Source: Escherichia phage UPEC01. From it: a stretch of DNA of 64,000 bases. The notes under the pieces were generated by a model. That model saw only the letters and a program-made list of their open reading frames with translations, was not told where the DNA came from and did no database searches. The stretch lies in the sequence record MW233709; one strand, given 5' to 3'. Of this stretch, positions 41,342-51,630 are shown piece by piece (the first letter of the stretch is position 1; each line of letters opens with the position of its first letter). Position numbers and translations under genes: made by a program.

Positions 41342-42213
41342 AATGGTACCCTATTTTTTCGCGGTGCTGGTGGTGTTGGGTCAACCGGTACAGGAATATC
41401 CTGCGAGTAGGTTTGAACAGATTCACCTTGCCAGTCTTCTTGGTCGACGTCTCGTGGAACGGCTTCCGAGTCAACAGATTCGAAATTACCTTCCGGTGCA
41501 AGCTCTCTGGAATTCGCAAAGAAGTCAAGATAGATAGTACGGATTTCCCCGGCTACTTCCTTGACCGGTGGATATAACCAACCGTTGACTTCGAACATAA
41601 TGGACCATTCGAGTCTACGACGAGTCATTGCATCACCTTCAATTTGCTCATCCATAGCAATGGACTGGAGCACGATTCTTATATCACGTTCGAACGTAAT
41701 TTCATTCGTATAAAGTTCAGTGATGGTTGTATTAAAATGTGGCTGGAAGTAAGGCATGATTTGTTCGATAATCTGGAACATATCATCTTGATGCCTTGTA
41801 TATATTCCAAGCTCGAAAATCATTTTGACCGGTACAGGAGAATATTGTGATATCTGCTTGCGAGGGTCGTTATTAGCAAATCGCGCCTGTGTGTGATTCT
41901 GGAGAGCCGTTTTATATTGCCCGTTATACATCAAGTCAACCATATGCAGGTTCATACGGGGCAATACGGTCTCGATTTTAGCCTTCTGAGCAGCACGTTC
42001 TTGTGGTGTCATGTCAGGAGTCGGTGTATTCTGAATAGCGGTCCATTTTCCAAGCTGCATCATGAATTTTTCTTTTGAAGCATAAGAAATAGGGACCTTA
42101 ATATATTTAAGTCCAGTGTCTTCTCTGGTTCTGGCCACTTGTACATGGGAAAATAAATCGCCCATTAAAACGATATAGCGACGCAGAGACGAATTATAAA
42201 AATGCCCAAACAA
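41338..42213 (-). CDS. 15: tail sheath stabilizer / tail completion protein gp15
   Basis: 291 aa; [19 protein letters not shown]-terminus as T4 gp15; first codon is TTG 5 nt after SD GGAGG. Confidence 0.85.
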
Positions 42214-42256
42214 AGTAACCTCCAGGCGCCCAATTCGGGCGCATTAATAAATGTAT

Positions 42257-43042
42257 TTATTCATCAAAGAAACTATCGTCAAAGCTATCCTGTTTTGCCT
42301 TCGGAGGAGCCTCAAGTCCACGACCATTCTGCACAAAATATGGTTTAACATATTCAGCTGCTTCTGCGTTAATCTCATCAGATTCTGCATAAGGGATATC
42401 ACTGATATCTGTAAGACCATCGATATTGTGGATTGGTTGCAAATCGAGCTCACTGAATTCTGGAATATTAATACCTTCATTTCGTTGCAATTCGGGTTTA
42501 AGCTCTTCTCCGGAGTAAATGTATTTGCTCGCGGTGATTTTACGAATGGCGTTTTGACCTACCTGATAGAATGGGTCATAAGGCTGTACCCAGGTTATTT
42601 CGAACAGACTGTTATCGAGAGGGAAATAAATCAAATCTCCGGCAATAGGTTCGGTTCCATTGCATTGGTGTTTAAACAGGTTAGGGTTAATCGATATTGT
42701 AATTTCATCGTTCACAGTCATACCGAATTTACTAAAGATAGAACCATCACCCTGATATGCATCGAACGTATCCAGATACCCAGCAAATTTCCATGCTTTA
42801 TCAAATTTACTCTGGAGGTCTTCACCAAATAGTAAATCCGGTTTAACGAATTGTCTTGGGATGTAATAGAGAGACATCCCGCGCATCTGAATACTTTCAG
42901 CAACAATAGCATCGGCTAAAGTCTGGGTATTTTCATGATGCATAAAGTTTATATAGGGGTTCAATATCTCTGTAGCATTGGTATTGTCATACCCGGTCCC
43001 GTCTTCGAGCCGGGCGAATAAGTTCGCGTCATATGTAGCCAT
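42257..43042 (-). CDS. 14: neck protein gp14
   Basis: 261 aa; synteny between 13 and 15. Confidence 0.85.
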   Translation of the reverse strand: MATYDANLFARLEDGTGYDNTNATEILNPYINFMHHENTQTLADAIVAESIQMRGMSLYYIPRQFVKPDLLFGEDLQSKFDKAWKFAGYLDTFDAYQGDGSIFSKFGMTVNDEITISINPNLFKHQCNGTEPIAGDLIYFPLDNSLFEITWVQPYDPFYQVGQNAIRKITASKYIYSGEELKPELQRNEGINIPEFSELDLQPIHNIDGLTDISDIPYAESDEINAEAAEYVKPYFVQNGRGLEAPPKAKQDSFDDSFFDE

Positions 43043-43980
43043 TAGCCCACCAATATAGGAGTCGGTGCATCCAGCAGGTCAAGTTCTTCGCGAAGACGTT
43101 CTTTTTCCATGCGAGCTTCTTCGATTAAACGAACACCATCAACTGTGGTACCACCTGGCATCATCATCCCCTGGTGTTTAGCCAATACGTTGCCGTTAAC
43201 TTCCTTAACGAGCGCTGTGGCATAGTCTTTCACCCAACGGTTGTTGTATGCACCATCTTGAAGTCCAAGGTCCTCACCGGCTCTCATACCGCTTATTCTG
43301 CGCGCAGGATTATCCCACTGTGCACCAGCATTCCACGGATTATCACAATCGGGCGAGGCAAAACCATAACCAGCTGTATTGCCAACCATTGAATCCACAC
43401 CGTTATATGATTTGGTATAAACTTCAATTACAATCACATCCCCTTGACGGAAGTTGCCCATAATTTTAAGTTGTTCGGTATCATCGTTATACCAGTAATC
43501 TGGAAGCGGAACCATCAGGTCTTGCATCATTGAACGATATTGCATAAGCTGTGTAAAATAACCAAGGTCTGCACCAAAAGCATTTGGACCAAAGCTATTA
43601 CACGAGCTACCCATCCCACCGTTAATCCCGGCAAGGCCCAGAACGAAATCTGTAAACCATGGATATGTGGCTTGTCCGTCCATTGAAGTTAATGAACCGA
43701 CGTTAGTACGAATAATCTGCGTTACTGCAAAAATATTACGTCCTTTTAAATCGAAAACACCATCGCGGAATTTCTGTTGTGAAACTTCATCATGACCGAT
43801 ATAAAAAGCCTGATAACCTTTGTTATATCCATTATAATGATATTCACCGTATAATTCTAATGCACGCTGGATGCAATCATAGACTTGGTCGGTCGTAACT
43901 TCGATATTCGTGATTGGAGCACCAAGACGACGAAGGATTGCATCTTTTAATTGTTTCGGGTTGTATGATTCAGTTGCCAT
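43042..43980 (-). CDS. 13: neck protein gp13
   Basis: 312 aa; synteny; late promoter 43999-44006. Confidence 0.85.
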   Translation of the reverse strand: MATESYNPKQLKDAILRRLGAPITNIEVTTDQVYDCIQRALELYGEYHYNGYNKGYQAFYIGHDEVSQQKFRDGVFDLKGRNIFAVTQIIRTNVGSLTSMDGQATYPWFTDFVLGLAGINGGMGSSCNSFGPNAFGADLGYFTQLMQYRSMMQDLMVPLPDYWYNDDTEQLKIMGNFRQGDVIVIEVYTKSYNGVDSMVGNTAGYGFASPDCDNPWNAGAQWDNPARRISGMRAGEDLGLQDGAYNNRWVKDYATALVKEVNGNVLAKHQGMMMPGGTTVDGVRLIEEARMEKERLREELDLLDAPTPILVG

Positions 43981-43998
43981 ATGTTTTCCTCTTTACTG

Positions 43999-44006
43999 TA
44001 TTTATA
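43999..44006 (-). promoter_or_regulatory. late promoter upstream of gene 13
   Basis: TATAAATA on - strand 19 nt upstream of gp13 ATG. Confidence 0.6.
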
Positions 44007-44007
44007 C

Positions 44008-44031
44008 GAAAAAAGGGCCGAAGCCCTTTTG
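44008..44031 (-). terminator. intrinsic terminator after wac
   Basis: - strand GGGC-TTCG-GCCC followed by TTTTTT. Confidence 0.65.
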
Positions 44032-45657
44032 TTATGGTCCAACAGTCACGAATGTAGACAAAAGAACCCATGCATTATCAACAAGCACGTAAGGGAGACC
44101 ATCAGTCGCAGGAGCGACAGGAGGTCTTTTGGCGAGCTCCGTTTCCAAGGCTGATACTTTACCTTCTAAAGTAGTTATCTTCGCCTCGGCCGCATCCAGG
44201 CGACCAGGGAGCGGAGTTACTGTACCTTCAAGGGTTGTCACGCGAGTGGTTAATGGTGCAATTTTCGCAGTATCGAGTTTAATTGCATCAATCTCGGTTT
44301 TGGTATCGATAATTTCAGTCCAGGTTCCTTGCTTGCGACCATATAACTTATTGTCCAATGGTGCATCGTTCAGCTTGGACGCCATCAGCATATCCAAGTT
44401 AATTACAACCGGAAGAACACCACGTTCAGCCACGGTAGCACCGTTAGGGTTAGTTCCGTTCATCTGACTAGTTAAAGTCAAAATAGAACCTTTCATACCA
44501 GTGTTATTTGTACCGATTTCGGCTTGTACATCCTGAAGACCTGATGCGATTTCATTAGCCAGTGTAGTGGTCGCATTCAACTTATACGTGATAGTGTTTG
44601 GCTCCGGAGATTGCTCTGTACCAATTCTCTGAGAAAGCCATGCAGTGGTTCCGCGTAAACCAGAGCTTGAATCCTGACCAACAACAACCTGTAAGCCATT
44701 AACATCCGAGCGCAAAGCACTGATTCGACCATTAATTGTTAATGGTTCCAGAGCGGTGCCGATATCAGCTTCAACCTTAGCAAGTCTTGGTTTGATATTC
44801 GCAATATCTGTTTCATTGACCGAAACACGTCCACCAAGATTTTCAACGCGAGTTGTAATTGCAAGTCCGGTACCAAAACCAATAGCTTCTTGAATGTTGG
44901 CAATATCTTCGTCAATTTCGACTGCTTTACCATCAAGAGTATTCAGTCGAACAAATACAGCCGGTTTACCTGTTGCTAAAGTAGACTCACCTAATTCTTC
45001 ACGAATTTTAATTACTTTTACGTTAAGAGAACCAACATCAGAATCATGATAGTTATCTTCAAGAGTCTTAATACGAACTCCATGAGCAACAATAGCCGAA
45101 CTGTTATCGATGATGCGGCGTTTCATGCCTTTTGACGGATTGCCGATAACCTGGAGACCATTTATATCTTGGTCAACATACTGGCCTAATTCATTTTTAA
45201 TCCATACGAGGTCATTACGAACTGTGCGATAATATGAATCGGTTAGCGGGTCATAAACACCAACATCTTCTTTTAACTTTTTTAGGTCTTCAGATGTTTC
45301 GCTTGATAATAATTCGGTATTAAATTGACGTTCATCAAGGTCAAGAATATTCGTACGGTTTTTTTCAATTTGTTTAACAACTTCCGTGTTAGTTGTTATA
45401 TTCAAAGCTTCCTGAATATTATTGACGTTATCAATAATTTCGTTTATTTTTTCTTTAGATGTATTTGAGTTGTCGTCGAGTGTATCTACGTTTGTTTGAA
45501 CGCCAACCGCGGCGGCGTTCAAATTACCATCATGACCATATTTGGTACTGGCCGCAGTCATACAATCACCGTTTTGTATCCAACGAATTCTCTGTTGGCC
45601 TTCGTCTGGAATACCGATGCTATACGGCAGTTCTTTGAGACTGAGTTTATTAATCAT
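44032..45657 (-). CDS. wac: fibritin (whisker/collar protein)
   Basis: 541 aa coiled-coil protein ending in foldon-like ...PYVLVDNAWVLLSTF; terminator immediately downstream. Confidence 0.9.
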   Translation of the reverse strand: MINKLSLKELPYSIGIPDEGQQRIRWIQNGDCMTAASTKYGHDGNLNAAAVGVQTNVDTLDDNSNTSKEKINEIIDNVNNIQEALNITTNTEVVKQIEKNRTNILDLDERQFNTELLSSETSEDLKKLKEDVGVYDPLTDSYYRTVRNDLVWIKNELGQYVDQDINGLQVIGNPSKGMKRRIIDNSSAIVAHGVRIKTLEDNYHDSDVGSLNVKVIKIREELGESTLATGKPAVFVRLNTLDGKAVEIDEDIANIQEAIGFGTGLAITTRVENLGGRVSVNETDIANIKPRLAKVEADIGTALEPLTINGRISALRSDVNGLQVVVGQDSSSGLRGTTAWLSQRIGTEQSPEPNTITYKLNATTTLANEIASGLQDVQAEIGTNNTGMKGSILTLTSQMNGTNPNGATVAERGVLPVVINLDMLMASKLNDAPLDNKLYGRKQGTWTEIIDTKTEIDAIKLDTAKIAPLTTRVTTLEGTVTPLPGRLDAAEAKITTLEGKVSALETELAKRPPVAPATDGLPYVLVDNAWVLLSTFVTVGP

Positions 45658-45665
45658 TTTGGTCC

Positions 45666-47216
45666 TTAATAGTGAACTTTAATAATATAGTTTAAAGACA
45701 TATTCCAAGGTCTTGTTTCATATCCGATAAGGCCTTCACGGTTTAACGTTCCGAGAGAATCACGACCACCACCTAATTCAAATCCGTCATTTGTGAAATA
45801 CGAGGCATTGTCCCAGTCTGCATATTTTCTGGTACCAAGATAACCCTGATAAACTGACGCACCAAATGGAGCTTCATTGCGTTGATATTCACCCCAGCCA
45901 CCAGCGTGTTTATGGTATGACATTTGTTGTGCCTGAACACCGCCAACATGCATTCCATCACAACCAACACCCAAACGGTCTTTACCATAACCATCTTGAC
46001 CACGGTTATTCAGAATATGACCGCCTGTACCTGCGCCACGAACGAATAAGCCGCGCATATCAGGAACGCCAGGGTTATTCCAATCACCACCAAAACGAGT
46101 TCCAACAACATTTCGATAGTCAGGGAACTGGTCGCCATTAACAGTACCACCATGACACATAATCCAACCAGGAGGAGCGCTATCACCTGCAAACATCATC
46201 ACGGTTCCGACAGGAACACGTTCGGAAGCATAACGTTGTGTAGAAAGTAATTGACCGCCCATATGAGCCGTAGTGGAGTCAAAATTGCCAGTGGAAATAT
46301 AATCTAAAGAAAGACTTCCATTAATTCGTTGACCACCTCGAGTGTTAATTACATCTGCATTCCAGGCCAGGGCTCCAGCTCCATCACCACCAGGAGCAAT
46401 CCCAGCCTGAGTAGTTAATCTAACGACACCACGAATATCGGTTGTAGCACCACGACCATTAAGAGTTGCACCAGTTACCGCAACACCATCAGCACTGTTA
46501 TTGATTTCTGACTGATTACCCAGACGAATAATCCCTGCGCGGTCTTGTGTTGCTGTACGAGCATTTAAACCAGCCGGAGAAATTGCCACGCCGTCACCCA
46601 GAGTTCCTGCTTGTACTTCAGCATTTGTAGCAATTCGCACTAAACCAGAAACAGTTTGTGTAGCAGTTGAATAAGTCGGAAGAGCGGCGGTTGCTTTACC
46701 AATTGCCAGAGCAACTTTCAACGGAGACATGGCGGTTGTGTCGTCTGTGCCAGCTAAAGCTGCATCTTCGGTGCTAATACGAAGAACACCCAGATTATTT
46801 TCGGTACCGACACGAACGGTAAAAACATCATCAATTGTTGCTTTTAATGAAGATGGAACAATAGCTGCATCGGTTACTGTCCCTGCAATTGCTTCTGCAT
46901 TAGTGGCATAACGGGTAATACCTACATAAGTTTCGGTAGCTTGTGTAGGGATGTCTAAACGAGCTTTTAAGGTCGCCGGAGTCACAGCAGAGTCTGGACT
47001 AATACCATCAATAACTTCTTGTGTGGTGGCTAGTCTGATGAGCCCTGCGGTCGTTTCGGAAGAGGCTGGGATATATCCATCTAACGCAATTTTATTAAGA
47101 GCTGCTAAAGCCTCTTGTACGTTGGTAACAGTCGACGGGAACGCTGTTCCCGTCGGGTCGAATGTTTTATATTCGGATTTATCGCTAATGTGTTTTAGCG
47201 TGTTAGTCGTTGTCAT
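45666..47216 (-). CDS. 12: short tail fiber protein gp12
   Basis: 516 aa; C-terminal MSYHKHAGG.GEY...ETRPWN.SLNYIIKV matches recalled T4 gp12. Confidence 0.9.
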   Translation of the reverse strand: MTTTNTLKHISDKSEYKTFDPTGTAFPSTVTNVQEALAALNKIALDGYIPASSETTAGLIRLATTQEVIDGISPDSAVTPATLKARLDIPTQATETYVGITRYATNAEAIAGTVTDAAIVPSSLKATIDDVFTVRVGTENNLGVLRISTEDAALAGTDDTTAMSPLKVALAIGKATAALPTYSTATQTVSGLVRIATNAEVQAGTLGDGVAISPAGLNARTATQDRAGIIRLGNQSEINNSADGVAVTGATLNGRGATTDIRGVVRLTTQAGIAPGGDGAGALAWNADVINTRGGQRINGSLSLDYISTGNFDSTTAHMGGQLLSTQRYASERVPVGTVMMFAGDSAPPGWIMCHGGTVNGDQFPDYRNVVGTRFGGDWNNPGVPDMRGLFVRGAGTGGHILNNRGQDGYGKDRLGVGCDGMHVGGVQAQQMSYHKHAGGWGEYQRNEAPFGASVYQGYLGTRKYADWDNASYFTNDGFELGGGRDSLGTLNREGLIGYETRPWNMSLNYIIKVHY

Positions 47217-47881
47217 TACGATACTCGCTTATAATGGTAAAGTGAAATTGCGCCATTTGCTGTGCCACCGGATAATGTCTGGGTTGAAGTTCCAAGATAT
47301 TCCCAGGAACCATAACCACCGCGCGGTTGCTGTGTAATAGTCTGGCTAAGCGTACAACCATATTGAGCGAAAGGTGCAAAATTATGGTTTTGATAGTCGT
47401 TATATGTAATATTTAATATAGACTGGTCCACACTATCAATTGCAGAGCTTGACACGATTAAACTATCCGCAACAGCCGTCAACAAAGCATCGTTAACTTT
47501 GGAAGCAACCAATACAGCTGAATCCCCGACAATAACCTCAACCGGAATACCAAAAATGAAAAATAAAACAGTATCACCGACCCCGGCACCAGAAATAGAC
47601 CCGGTGAATTTAATTTTATCCGACTGGCTGATTGCTGCCGGAGAAAGGTTATTTGTATTAGTAATTACACTACCAACTGGAAGCTCGTATCGAAATGCGA
47701 TATCATCTATTGCGCTCTGAACTGTTGGGTAAAAAATACCTTCGGTTGTCTGTGTTGCGGATGGGCCGCCGATTGCTCGTTGACCCATAACAGCCGTAAT
47801 ATTTTTTGATGTATTTTGAAATTCTAAGCAACTAGCAAGGCGGGAAATTACTCCAGCCTTTTTATTCGTTAATGTTTTCAT
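47216..47881 (-). CDS. 11: baseplate wedge protein gp11
   Basis: 221 aa; synteny and size. Confidence 0.85.
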   Translation of the reverse strand: MKTLTNKKAGVISRLASCLEFQNTSKNITAVMGQRAIGGPSATQTTEGIFYPTVQSAIDDIAFRYELPVGSVITNTNNLSPAAISQSDKIKFTGSISGAGVGDTVLFFIFGIPVEVIVGDSAVLVASKVNDALLTAVADSLIVSSSAIDSVDQSILNITYNDYQNHNFAPFAQYGCTLSQTITQQPRGGYGSWEYLGTSTQTLSGGTANGAISLYHYKRVS

Positions 47882-49692
47882 TAAGCAATCCTTACCCAGC
47901 GATGAGCAATCAAATATGGAGGCATTGTATAAACCGGTTGAGCTTGAGGGTCTTGCGCCTGATTAATGGTGGCTTTATCTTCTCTGTATTTGGTATAAGC
48001 TGGACCTTGTGCATCCGGGTCTACCTGACAACCGCCAACAACAATCGGACCATTATCATCAACAACCAAAACTTTCTCGTCGGTTTCAAGTTTAGGTACG
48101 TTTATATCTTTAATATGAACTTCAACACTACCACCTGTGCCACCCGCCGTCGCTTGTGGGTTACCACCAGAATCCAGGTCATTATTGTTTGTATGGAAGT
48201 TTGAGGCAGGGTCATCAGACCAGGCAACGATTACACGTTCTTTCAAACGTTTCCATGAACCGAATCCCATATAAGTAACCGGGTTATTCGGGTTAACCGT
48301 ATTTTCGTAAATTGTACCAACCGGATAGAATAATTCAAAGATAGCACCAACAGAAGATGGAACAACTTCCTGAAGACCGACTGGTTCAACGTTTGGTGCA
48401 AACGGATTATCAAAATCTGTGATACGCACACGACCGGTTAGGCTCAATGTATTTCCCTGAGAAACATAAAGAGTATCAGTCTCATCACGGATTTCATCCA
48501 TGGTCATAGTTGTGCCGATATCGTTATTGTACCAAATGACTGACAGAATATCACCGTCTTCAAATTCACGGTAAATGCTAATGCCTTCGATACGGTTATC
48601 ATCATCAAATTGCAGCAAATAATCCTGGTTTGATTCAGACCAGCTACCACCATTTGCACTACATTCTGCAGCAGTAGAACCTTGTGCACCTTCACAATAA
48701 AATACTGGAGTTCCCGCAGTACCAGCTTGATGTTGCAAAATACTGTTAATGAATACCTGACATGCGTTTGGGTTAATTGGGCTACCTGGAGAAATACCAA
48801 GTTCTTCAATTGTAAAGGTGTGTTTGGTTGTCAAATCTGTAACAATCAAAGAACCATTAATTGTTGTTTCTTTGGTCCTGTCTTGACTACGAACAAGTAT
48901 ATCACGACGATTATACGAACTACGCCATTGAGCAATACCATCATTAAATGTTCGGATGATAACAGTATCACCTTCAGCGCATGGCATTTTCAAACGGATA
49001 CTTTTGCCGTCAAGCGCAACAATTTCACCAGGGTTTGCACCAGGGGAACCAAATTCAGCATTCACCGGGTCGAAAATATCATCTTTACCATAAAACAGGT
49101 CGTTACCACGATGTTTGACTTCTAAGTTCGATACGCTATACGGAATAGCACCAAACACATTGATAAAGTCAGTTTGTCCTTCGGTAGCAATAAACTGTTG
49201 GGATGCAACTGTAGCAACGTCGTTATTTGAAATTTTATCGACTTGTTTATTATCGATATATTCCCAACGACCTGGTGAACAATATACAAGTTCAAGGTCA
49301 GCTAAGTTGCGTTTAATTTCTACTGGATTTGGTGAGCCTTTAATCGTATCCCCGACTGCAGGAACAATTGTCACCGGGTTGATTTGCCAAGTAGCAAACA
49401 CGTCACGCAAGCGAATTACATAATTGTATTCTTGAGTTGTTCCTTTCGGGAGGACGACTCGAACTGCACCGGCTGATGTATCGATGGTATAGCTTCGACC
49501 CATAACAGCAGACAACTCGGTGCCTTCTTGTGTAGTCCAAGTTTTCCATGCACCAGCCGCATGAGGATTTTCACCGTCCCCCAGCTGATAATAAAGGTCG
49601 TCAAAGTTATTGTTTATTTTTTGACCGCCGAGACGAAGGTAATCACCAGTACCATCATCAACCATATTGCCAATTTTTAAATTCTGTTTCAT
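47881..49692 (-). CDS. 10: baseplate wedge protein gp10
   Basis: 603 aa; synteny and size. Confidence 0.85.
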   Translation of the reverse strand: MKQNLKIGNMVDDGTGDYLRLGGQKINNNFDDLYYQLGDGENPHAAGAWKTWTTQEGTELSAVMGRSYTIDTSAGAVRVVLPKGTTQEYNYVIRLRDVFATWQINPVTIVPAVGDTIKGSPNPVEIKRNLADLELVYCSPGRWEYIDNKQVDKISNNDVATVASQQFIATEGQTDFINVFGAIPYSVSNLEVKHRGNDLFYGKDDIFDPVNAEFGSPGANPGEIVALDGKSIRLKMPCAEGDTVIIRTFNDGIAQWRSSYNRRDILVRSQDRTKETTINGSLIVTDLTTKHTFTIEELGISPGSPINPNACQVFINSILQHQAGTAGTPVFYCEGAQGSTAAECSANGGSWSESNQDYLLQFDDDNRIEGISIYREFEDGDILSVIWYNNDIGTTMTMDEIRDETDTLYVSQGNTLSLTGRVRITDFDNPFAPNVEPVGLQEVVPSSVGAIFELFYPVGTIYENTVNPNNPVTYMGFGSWKRLKERVIVAWSDDPASNFHTNNNDLDSGGNPQATAGGTGGSVEVHIKDINVPKLETDEKVLVVDDNGPIVVGGCQVDPDAQGPAYTKYREDKATINQAQDPQAQPVYTMPPYLIAHRWVRIA

Positions 49693-50561
49693 TATACCGG
49701 TACTCCGATTGTTTGGGCGGAAATTACTTTAATAGCGAGCTTCATGGCAGTGGGTGAGCTTATAGCCGCCTGAATGATATCCTGGTTATCAATTCTAAAA
49801 TCGATGGCATATATCTCATCTTCTTCATTAGTTTGTCCACGTCTGATTACAGCGTATTCTGTGCTATATACCTTGCGGTCCTTAAGGTCGATGTAAAGTA
49901 ATATTTCTGATGCTTTGTATTTAGTTTCGTCTGTTGAAATAGCCGTCAGCATCAATTTGATAGTTTTATAATCTGCACGGAAAGCAAGTGGAATATCACG
50001 AACAACCGAGCTCATATTGTATGTTTTGTCGAGCAATACAGATTGGTTGCCAAACATACTTTCAATTTTGTAGTCCCATGTCCCTACGCCGTTAGCATCG
50101 TCAATACACCACAATGTAATTTTTGTATAAGGCTGAGTAAATTTCATTTTGTTCGTTGCAGCAGTCAGGAATGAATCCGTGCCTTGTAGTTCAACTTCCA
50201 GAGGCAACGAGGTGGATAATGAACCATTGGAGTTAATAAAGATAACACCTTCGCCTGCTTTACCTTTTGCAATTCTTGCAGTGATAACACCTTCGGCAGT
50301 ATTGACATCCCGCATAGAACCGAGAGCAACAGTTGAGTTCCATTCAATGATATTTGTGGCTTTTTGATAGTAGCCGGTCGCATGAAGTACCTGGGAGTTT
50401 TCTCCATTATTCACAGAGTACAGACGCTGGTCGCCGAATGTATTATACAAACTGTCTAAATCCACGTTCAGTTTACGACCGCCTTCATATAGAATATCAC
50501 CGGTGCTGGCGTTACCAATCTCGCCGATGTCTACTAATAATTTTGGGGTTTGATTAATCAT
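49692..50561 (-). CDS. 9: baseplate wedge / long-tail-fiber socket protein gp9
   Basis: 289 aa; synteny; late promoter 50589-50596. Confidence 0.85.
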   Translation of the reverse strand: MINQTPKLLVDIGEIGNASTGDILYEGGRKLNVDLDSLYNTFGDQRLYSVNNGENSQVLHATGYYQKATNIIEWNSTVALGSMRDVNTAEGVITARIAKGKAGEGVIFINSNGSLSTSLPLEVELQGTDSFLTAATNKMKFTQPYTKITLWCIDDANGVGTWDYKIESMFGNQSVLLDKTYNMSSVVRDIPLAFRADYKTIKLMLTAISTDETKYKASEILLYIDLKDRKVYSTEYAVIRRGQTNEEDEIYAIDFRIDNQDIIQAAISSPTAMKLAIKVISAQTIGVPV

Positions 50562-50588
50562 AGGTAAGCCTCGTTATTGATATAGCTA

Positions 50589-50596
50589 TATTTATA
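50589..50596 (-). promoter_or_regulatory. late promoter upstream of gene 9
   Basis: TATAAATA on - strand 28 nt upstream of gp9 ATG. Confidence 0.6.
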
Positions 50597-50599
50597 GAA

Positions 50600-50623
50600 T
50601 AAAAAAGGGACCCGAAGGTCCCT
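50600..50623 (-). terminator. intrinsic terminator after gene 8
   Basis: - strand GGGACC-TTCG-GGTCCC followed by TTTTTT. Confidence 0.65.
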
Positions 50624-50625
50624 TG

Positions 50626-51630
50626 CTAGAATTCAAAAATAATGTTAACTTCTTCTGTCTGGTCCATTGCACGAATAATCGGTGGGCGGTTTTCCATATA
50701 AATCATTTCCCCGGAATGACGGTCCAAATCAATTGCATCGTAGTATTCTTTGATTGCTTTGATATTTGGGTCATTAGGATGTACTTTAACTTCAAGTGGG
50801 TTGGATATAATCGACAGCTGGCGGAAGCCTTTGTTCCCCGGGAGACTGAACTCTGGGAAATAAATGGAATCCATAAATGCTTTAAATCTGATTGTATATC
50901 CTTTGATTCTGTATATTAAACCGAAATCATCTTGTTGCCAGCTGATATTGTCTTTGTAGCCCCAACGTGATGGGTCTTCTTCGATTTCTTCAGGCCATGG
51001 AACAACAATATATTCGTTAGTACAACGGTTGATGGATACATCAGGTGGAATCTCATACAAATATTCCCAGAGATAACCATCGCCCATATCGACTCGTCCT
51101 TCTGTATCACCAGTCCCAGCTGGAGCTCTCGTCGAGTTATATTCTGCAGTCCATTTACCACCGAGTTTTAAACACTCTTCTTTATTGATAATAGAATAAA
51201 TGGAGCAAGTCCCAACATCAGGAACGTCTACACAACGATAAACCATCCAACCTTTACCAACATCAGTTCGGTTATACGGAGCACTGTTAGCTACAACAAT
51301 TTCCCCTACCTGGAAGTTAAGCGGATTGGGATATCTGATATCGCCCCAGTCTTTACGTGGGACAACACAATCAAGCATTGACTTATAAACTTTGACTGCA
51401 CCCATCATATTTGTCCAAGTATCTTCAACACCTTGCGCTGTGTCAACCGGATAAGGAGGGGCGAACCCCGGGTCATTCTCATTCGAAGCCCAGGGTTCAG
51501 CGCGACCGAATGTTACATACATCGTATTCTGGTCGGGCTCGTTACCAATCATTTTATAAAAGTTATACATTTTTTCAGTTCGAAATTTCGAGGTAATTAT
51601 CGAACGATAAACTACAGATGAATTATTCAT
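50626..51630 (-). CDS. 8: baseplate wedge protein gp8
   Basis: 334 aa; synteny and size; terminator 50600-50623. Confidence 0.85.
   Translation of the reverse strand: MNNSSVVYRSIITSKFRTEKMYNFYKMIGNEPDQNTMYVTFGRAEPWASNENDPGFAPPYPVDTAQGVEDTWTNMMGAVKVYKSMLDCVVPRKDWGDIRYPNPLNFQVGEIVVANSAPYNRTDVGKGWMVYRCVDVPDVGTCSIYSIINKEECLKLGGKWTAEYNSTRAPAGTGDTEGRVDMGDGYLWEYLYEIPPDVSINRCTNEYIVVPWPEEIEEDPSRWGYKDNISWQQDDFGLIYRIKGYTIRFKAFMDSIYFPEFSLPGNKGFRQLSIISNPLEVKVHPNDPNIKAIKEYYDAIDLDRHSGEMIYMENRPPIIRAMDQTEEVNIIFEF

Noticed and set aside
42226-42242. GC hairpin GCGCCC-AATTC-GGGCGC between genes 14 and 15 as a terminator
   Set aside because: No U-run follows on the transcribed (-) strand and it directly precedes the gene 15 SD; more likely an RNA-stability or attenuator hairpin than a terminator.
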